64,000 nucleotides of DNA from Octopus vulgaris (Eukaryota), in NCBI GenBank assembly GCA_951406725.2, contig OX597834.1:42284001-42348000 (forward strand). The letters are read 5' to 3'. Positions 55,978-64,000 of the stretch are shown in pieces (positions within the stretch are counted from its first letter, which is position 1; every line of letters starts with the position of its first letter). The translations under genes and the position numbers were made by a program. The notes beneath the pieces were generated by a model. That model was not told where the DNA came from. It saw only the letters and a program-made list of their open reading frames with translations, and ran no database searches.

Positions 55978-56567
55978 TCTACTCTAGGTACAAGACCCGA
56001 AATTTTTGGGAAGGGGCCAGTCGATTAGATCGACCCCAGTACGAAACTGGTATTTGGTTTTTATCGACCCTGAAAGGATGAAAGACGGGATTCGAACTCA
56101 GAACGTAAAGACGGACGAAATACTGCTAAGTATTTCGCCCGGCGTGTTAACATATCTTATTTCTTTATTGCCCACAAGGGGCTAAACATAGAGGGGACAA
56201 ACAAAGACAGACAAATGGATTAAGTCGATTACATCGACACCAGTGCGTAACTGGTACTTAATTTATCGACCCCGAAAGGATGACAGGCAAATTCGACCTC
56301 GGCGGAATTTAAACTCAGAACGTAGCGGCAGACGAAATACCTATTTCTTTACTACCCACAAGGGGCTAAACACAGAGGGGACAAACAACGACAGACAAAG
56401 GGATTAAGTCGATTACATCGACCCCAGTGCGTAACTGGTACTTAATTTATCGACCCCGAAAGGATGAAAGGCAAAGTCGACCTCGGAGGAATTTGAACTC
56501 AACGTAAAGACAGAGAAATACCGTTATGCATTTCGCCCGGCGTGCTAACGATTCTGCCAGCTCGCCA
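55978..56567 (-). mobile_element. SINE family B head-to-tail trimer
   Basis: Junctions at 56157/56158 and 56341/56342; same order and architecture as 25108-25668. Confidence 0.9.
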
Positions 56568-56699
56568 CACTATTTAATTTAATTATAGTTTCATGACAGA
56601 ATGTGTGCACCTTCTACTCATCTTGCTGAGTACCGCTCGCAGACCTTCACTCTTCGGTTTGAACCATCTTCTTTGAGAGCATAGGCTAGTCTTGAAATG

Positions 56700-57055
56700 T
56701 AACTTTTGTCATGACAGCGCTTGATTTCGAAATTAGTAGCTCATTCCTCGCTTGCCGCATACGTTTTAATGAACTCTGGCAATAAGTTTCTCGTTCGCTT
56801 TTTTTCTTTGTCGATATCCACTGTCTTCTGGAATATTTCTTGCGATCATTCTGAACAGTTCCATATGATTCAAACTTATTTGCGACTCCAAATTCCCTCG
56901 TAAAATGTCTTTGCACTTCAACTACGTTTTCATACACCCAGAAGCACATTAAATGATATTTCCTTGGTTCATTTGACAACGGCTTAGTCTAGATCCTTTC
57001 ATTATTTTTAATGGATCAAATCTTAACAGAAATAAAAACTGAGTTAGTTATCAGC

Positions 57056-57116
<61 letters not shown>

Positions 57117-57323
57117 TCAATAATGAGGGTGAATAAAATTATAGTTATTAATTCAATAATACCCCCATTTTAACACCAAGCGACCTAGCACAATAAACCG
57201 GGGATACAAATTCATATTTATCCGTAAATATAAGAGAGCCAACTTTGAATATGTTAACATATTCAAAGTTGGCTCCCTTATATTTACGGATATATATTAT
57301 ATATACATTTTTGAACACCCTGT
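56700..57323 (-). mobile_element. Decayed Tc1/mariner-superfamily element 5' part (DUF4817-like HTH), interrupted by an insert
   Basis: Minus ORF ...CFWVYENVVEVQRHFTREF..KFESYGTVQN..KK.S.R..S....S.RQA..EL.ISKSS resembles Tc1/Tc3-type N-termini; TIR-like CAGGGTGTTCAAAAA at 57308-57322 (minus). Confidence 0.65.
57219..57292. repeat. 74-bp spacerless palindrome (1 mismatch)
   Basis: tatccgtaaatataagagagccaactttgaatatgtt|aacatattcaaagttggctcccttatatttacggata. Confidence 0.95.
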
Positions 57324-57392
57324 TGATATATGCATGTATGTATGTATGTATGTATGTATGTATGTATGTATGTATGTATGTATGTATGTATG

Positions 57393-57424
<32 letters not shown>

Positions 57425-57461
57425 TGTATGTATGTATGTATGCATGTATGTATGTATGTAT

Positions 57462-57800
57462 GGTGAAGGCACATGACTCAGTGGTTAGAGCGTTGAGCTT
57501 ACGATCGTGAGGTTGTGAGTTCGAATCCTGGACCGGGCTGTGTGTTGTGTTCTTGATCAAGACACTTTATTTCATGGTATTCCAGTACACTCAACTGTAA
57601 AAGATGAGTTGGGACGTCACAGGTGCCAAGCTGTATCGGCCCCTTTGCCTTTCCCTTGGATAACACTGGTAGCGTGGACAGGGGCAACGTGTATGCGTGG
57701 GCGACTGCTGGTCTTCCATAAACAACTTTGCCCGGACGTGTGCCTCGGAGGGTAACTTTCTAGGTGCAATCCCATGGTCAGTCATGACCGAAGGGGGTTT
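57462..57800 (+). mobile_element. SINE family D
   Basis: A-box tgactcagtggttagagcg, B-box gagttcgaatcc; homologous to 41101-41436. Confidence 0.88.
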
Positions 57801-58091
57801 GAGCATATATATATGTATGTATATTTTCATATATATATATATATATAATGTATCTTTAAGCTGTATCTGTTAATAATTTTTTTATCTCTTTCTCTAATTA
57901 TATGGATATTTACATCTTTATATATATATATATATATATGGTATGACCATAAAAAATAACAAGGTAAAAGTTTTTATTTTTCATTCCTTTCGAAAATTGC
58001 TCTTAAAAATATGGTTTTGGTCGTTTTGACTGCTTCTTGTGTGTTAAAATTACCTATTAAAGGCAGTTTTCTCTTGTGTTTAAGTGTACAC

Positions 58092-58168
<77 letters not shown>

Positions 58169-58942
58169 GAGTAATTTATCAAGTTATTCATTCTACTGGT
58201 TCCAAACGTTTACAAGCACCAGATGTTGTTAACAATACAGAGTGTTCCTCCATCTATATCTTTTAACCTGTTGTCTTTATTTTCACTTCTGTTTATAGTT
58301 ATCACGCACAACAGATGCCTATTTGGCGATTGTGAGTTTGTTGACTACACACATTATTCTAATTATCAACAACACCTTTCTCTGTACATGTAGCAGTTAC
58401 GCCGTTTTCAAACATCTTGAATTCGGTTCAGTATTCGACAGAAAGACGCCGAAATTGAAACGTCTAGAAGATGGAGAAGCAGCAGCAGCAGCAGTAGCAG
58501 CAACACAAAGATTATAAAATGGAGAAGTGGAAATAAACAGTGTTTGAAACTATTATCGTAATCACGTATGGATGTGCATTTATGTAGACAAATTTACTTA
58601 TACAAACCTACAAACCACTGGATGTGTGGATCTCTATGTTCCAACTTGCATACGTGCATATATATATATATATATATATATATGAATGTTTTATGTCTAT
58701 GCACCCATGTACATACGTACATGCCTATATATAAACATAAATACATATATGCATGCATGCATACATGTATATATATGTGAATGTCTTATGTCCATGCATA
58801 TATGTACATACGTACATGCATATATACAAACATAAATACATATATTAAATATGTCCTGGGGTCGATTTGCTCGACTAAAGGCGGTGCTCCAGCATAGCCG
58901 CAGTCAGATGACTAAAACAACTAAAAGAGTAAAGAGAAACTG

Positions 58943-58978
<36 letters not shown>

Positions 58979-59691
58979 GAGTAGTGTTCATTTCACTGAA
59001 GTCCAGCTGAAGAACATTTTCGCAATGGCGGTGTACGAACTCACAACAGCCCGGAATTTCTTCAGATTCACATTTGAGTAAAATATTTGCACACAAAAGA
59101 CAAATAGAAAAACGTACGGGAATAAAATAAATAGAAAAATACATATATATGTATGTATATGTAAATGCACTGATACACATACACAAAAACACACAAAAAC
59201 ATACACAGGCTAAAAGAATACGTACAGATATAAAAAAGAAAATATCAAAGAGCTGAAAGGGCGAAAGAGAGAGAGAGGGAGAAGACATCTTTTGTCGATA
59301 GAATATTTGCATATTTCAAATGACATTACGTGCGAGGAAGAGCAGCAGAGACGGAATATATTCGGATAAAGATTTAATCTCCAGTATATTGTCATTTTAC
59401 ATTCTTTTACTTCATTCATTCATGCTTTACCTTTACATACATACATATATACATACATGCATGCATACATATACACATGCATACATACATATACACATAC
59501 ACACTCACTTATAAATTTATTTAAGAATAAGTAGGTGCATATATAAAAACCTTACTTTCTTTTTCTCTTTTTCCTTATATGTATATATATATATATGGAT
59601 GTATATATATACATATATATATATGCATGCATACATACATGCATATTTACAAATATATGTGTATATATAATATACATACATATGTATGTAT

Positions 59692-59723
<32 letters not shown>

Positions 59724-59775
59724 TATCCAAACATATTTATATATATACATATATATACATATATATACATATATA

Positions 59776-59827
<52 letters not shown>

Positions 59828-60764
59828 CATACATATGTGCATACACACACACACATATATATACATATACACACACATACATATACACCCATATATATAT
59901 CTATGTATATATATATATATGTATATCATCGCATATAATGCTGTGCAAATTTACTTACAGCGACACGTTGTATCACATCCAGCGTGAAATCTTATTATGA
60001 ACATTACGATTTTGTATATTTATTCGCATTTTTTCATTGTCATTGTTTTTTAGGTGATGTAGAATTATGTTATTCTTTTCATTTCTTTTCTTTTTGCCGT
60101 CTGAATGTATCGTACTTTGCCTATCTTTTGCCCACTGGCTTGAAAACTTTGTATTTAGTCATCTTTGAAAATACATAAAAAAAAAATGTACAACAACAAG
60201 CAAAAAAAAAATTAACTACAAAATTGACAAATCGATAATGTAAAAAATTTCCAACAAAAAAATAAAACATAAAAATCTTTAAAAAAAACTAGCAAAAAAA
60301 AAAAAAAAAAAAGAAATAAAAAAGCGGAACTCAGAATCGGTCGAAACTGGAATGTAAAAGAGCGGAAGTGCTGTGATCCGAACCTAGATGAATAGATGCA
60401 AATCATTCAAGTCACAAGACAGGCTTGAACGTTGGCGTTAAAACTTTCACCTAAAAGATTAACTGGTTTCAATAACAACATCAGCGACAACAACAACAAC
60501 AATAGCAACAACAACTACACCTGATTCCATTGAAGAATGTGTTCCCCACCCCCCGCCACCGCCCCTATTATTTCCAAATGTGTAAAGTGATTTTTTGTAA
60601 ACGGAAATATTTTAGTGTTATATAGATAGGGCGAGTAATCGATGGTAATGAATAGGTGTTGCGATCGATCTGTTGGGAGGGGAGGAGGTTGGTTAGGTAA
60701 TTGTGGTTGGAAGGTCATTATAGAATGAAATGGAACGACCATTGCGTGGCTGTAATATATACAG

Positions 60765-60800
<36 letters not shown>

Positions 60801-60804
60801 CATA

Positions 60805-61075
60805 AGGCGGCGAGCTGGCAAAAACATTAGCACGCCGGGCGAAATGCTTTGTGGTATTTCGTCTGCCGCCACGTTCTGAGTTCAAATTCCGCAAGGGTCG
60901 ACTTTGCCTTTCATTCTTTCGAGGTCGATTAAATAAGTACCAGTTACGGACTGGGGTCGATGTAATCGACTTAATCCGTTTGTCTGTACTTCTTTGTCCC
61001 CTCTGTGTTTAGCCCCTTGTGGGCAATAAAGAAATAAGAAATAAGAAATGTTATCACGTCGGGCGAAATGCTTAC
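60805..61075 (+). mobile_element. SINE family B monomer followed by a restart of the head
   Basis: ...gggcaataaagaaataagaaata|agaaatgttatcacgtcgggcgaaatgctt. Confidence 0.9.
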
Positions 61076-61307
61076 CATTTGAGTACTAAAGGTGATGTAA
61101 TCGACTTACCCTACGCCTGAACGTGCTGGCTTTTTGCCGAAATTCGAAATCTATCTGTCTGTCTGTTCAAATCTGGCTGGCCCTAAAAAAATCTAATTTA
61201 AAAGCCTTAAATCTTTTGGGAAAAAGCAAGCGCATGTGTACGACAATAAAGACAATAAAAACGACATATATATATATATATATATACATATATACATATA
61301 TACATAC

Positions 61308-61403
<96 letters not shown>

Positions 61404-61494
61404 GTATATATATACACATATATACATACGCACACACACACACGTATATATATATATATATATATATGTATATGTATATATACATATATATACT

Positions 61495-61740
61495 CCTTTA
61501 CTCTTTTACTTGTTTCAGTCATTTGACTGTGGCCATGCTGGAGCATCGCCTGTAGTCGAGCAAATCGACCCCAGGACTTATTCTTTGTAAGCCTAGTACT
61601 TATTCTATCGGTTTTGTTGTGTTTACGTCTCGTAACTTAGCGCTTCGGCATAAGAGACTGATCGAGTAAGTACCATGCTTAAGAGAAAGAAGAAAAAAAA
61701 TACCAGGGTCAATTCATTCGACTGAAGGGAGTAAAACGAT
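61495..61740. mobile_element. Two SINE family A tail modules in inverted orientation
   Basis: Minus copy 61495-61615; degenerate plus copy 61618-61740. Confidence 0.75.
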
Positions 61741-62469
61741 AAGGAAAAGAGGCATGTATGTATGTATGTATGTATGTATGTATGTATGTATATATGTATG
61801 TATGTATATATGTATGTATGTACACACACACGCACATATGTACGTATGTTTACACACACACATGCATGTTTACACAGAGACGTACACATATTTCGAAACG
61901 CTCAGGTACCTACGCCAATCCAACGCTGGCATGTTACCATCAACTTTCTGTCAGCCATTTTCAACGTCTTCCTCTTCCGTTACCTCTTCCTTCACCTCTC
62001 AAACAGCCACTTTAGTTCTCACCATACACAATTACAAACAGCTCCACGAAAACACTATAAAACAAAGCTCGAACAGAACAAGGAATGCGAATGTAAATAA
62101 AGAGTATTAAATGATATCAAGAGAGCTTATTGTGTGAAGTTTTCTTCTATCCTATCTCAGTTTCTATTTATTTATTTATTTATTTATTTAATTCAATTAT
62201 TGACTTTATACATAGATTTATTTTAAGCACTTAATGCATGTACAATGTATATAAATACGTATGTGCTTACTCGCTCGCTTGCTCACTCCCTCCCTACATC
62301 CCTCACACGGATGCCGATATATGTGGGCGCGTGTACATACATGTATGTATATATATATATATATATACATATGTATGTATATATATATATATATATACAT
62401 AGACATGCACAAATGTAGCACATATATATGTACATAAACACATATATACATATATATAAATATACATAT

Positions 62470-62516
<47 letters not shown>

Positions 62517-62520
62517 TATA

Positions 62521-62579
<59 letters not shown>

Positions 62580-63283
62580 TATGTAAATATATGTATGTAT
62601 GCATATATATATGTACATATATACATATGTATATAATATGCAGAAAGGTTTATTATCTAAGCCGTGTCCTTATATATATATAATCGCCTGTATATATTTA
62701 TATATGTATACACATATACACGCAGACACGCAGAGATACATATATAAGTATGTATAGAATAACTTTTATTTCACACTTCACATTCCTCGAAATTTTTTTT
62801 CCTCAAATTGTGTTTCTGGTTTTATCTTTATAAAACCACTTATTTTCTTTGTCCTTATAGTAAGTCTTCATCGTCTCAATCTCTCTCATAATTACCTCCC
62901 TTTCCTTCTCTCCAACCCTTCACCACCCTCTCTGCCTTTTTCTCTACAATCCGAGGAAACTGTCGTCATTGTTTACGCCAGTTTATTCAGTGTTGTATCT
63001 CTCACAGCAAGAGATTTTCATCGTTTATGCTCCAACAACTTTGATTTCTTTCACTTGTGACACAGTAACTTAACTTTGTTATTTGTTCTTTGTTTTTAAG
63101 TCTTTCAATTCAGTTTTGTTTCTCTCCCAGCTTCATGGAAATTATGTGAGCGTCACAACAGAGTGCAATTATTTGATTTCATTGAAATAACAGCTAAATC
63201 TCCCTCAGATAACTAACGAAACTAACGGTCATGAGCAATTGAAAGCGAAAATATATTGGGTAACGTAGTCCTACAATGTCCTG

Positions 63284-63347
<64 letters not shown>

Positions 63348-63469
63348 GAACAACGAAGAAAGAGACAAACGTAGTAGACACGACCGGAAGTCCTATGGGC
63401 GCAGGTCTGCGTCTTTAGATCACTCTTGGACAAGAGGAAGAATTAATGGGAGAAGTAAAAAGAATAACA

Positions 63470-63870
63470 ATGAGATGATGATGATAATGATGGTGATGGT
63501 GATGAATAAGATGAAGATGGAAGAGAAGAAAAAGAAGAAAAAGAAAAAGAAGACGAAGAAGAAGAAGAAGAAGAAGAAGAAGAAGAAGAAGAAGAAGAAG
63601 AAAGAGAAGAAGAAGAAGAAGAAGAAGAAAGAGAAGAAGAAGAAGAAGGAGAAAAGAAGAAGAAGAAGAAGAAAGAGAAGAAGAAGAAAGTGAAGAAGAA
63701 GAGGTAGAAGATGCAGAAGTGGAGGAGGTGGAAGAATATAAAGAAGAAAGAACGAAGAATATGAAGGAGAAAAGGGGAAGAAGAAAGAAAAAGAAGACAA
63801 GGAAGAAGAGGAGTAGGAAGAGGAGTTAGAAGACGAAGAAGAAAGAAGAATGATGCTGATGATGATGGTG
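63470..63870. repeat. (GAT)n/(GAA)n purine-rich tract
   Basis: Direct observation. Confidence 0.96.
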
Positions 63871-64000
63871 AGGAGTTGGTATTCAACCTTCCAAGCTCTT
63901 CATTAAAAACATGAAATTCCTGTGAGACAGTGATGGAACCTATACACTCTGCTAGAAATAGCAGCTAAATCTCGCTGGTGTCGGGCAAATTTAAATAAAT

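Noticed and set aside
57462-57540. tRNA gene (also 9150-9220 and 41370-41436)
   Set aside because: A/B boxes are present, but there is no closed acceptor stem and the sequence continues into a dispersed repeat body, so these are SINE heads
58680-58846. ~96-bp local tandem duplication (similar case at 3990-4330)
   Set aside because: Ordinary slippage duplication within RY-rich low-complexity DNA
60348-60368. tggaatgtaaa resembling the miR-1 5' end
   Set aside because: Match ends after ~11 nt and no precursor hairpin is evident

Overview
Eukaryotic, AT-rich, microsatellite-saturated non-coding DNA. The repeat families look like coleoid cephalopod sequence, most likely Octopus; this is inferred from recalled SINE sequences, not a database search. 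I recognise no host protein-coding gene, rRNA, functional tRNA or CRISPR array. Nearly all listed ORFs are read-throughs of (TA)n, (CA)n, (TACA)n or trinucleotide repeats. Real coding signal is limited to transposon relics: two RTE-clade LINE fragments, an R4/Dong-like 3' end next to (TAA)n, three copies of one internally deleted mariner, a Tc1-like HTH remnant and one unassigned ORF remnant. At least four SINE families (A-D) and Helitron-like ends are present. The two most interesting signals are these. (1) Several unrelated short elements carry minimal type-I hammerhead-ribozyme-like folds with different core variants, some associated with inverted repeats, resembling Penelope-like terminal repeats or retrozymes. 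(2) Head-to-tail arrays of SINE family B reuse the same two base-precise junctions at independent loci, a pattern compatible with a circular or concatemeric intermediate recombining into older resident copies. All alignments were done by eye, and boundaries are approximate unless a TSD or TIR is cited.
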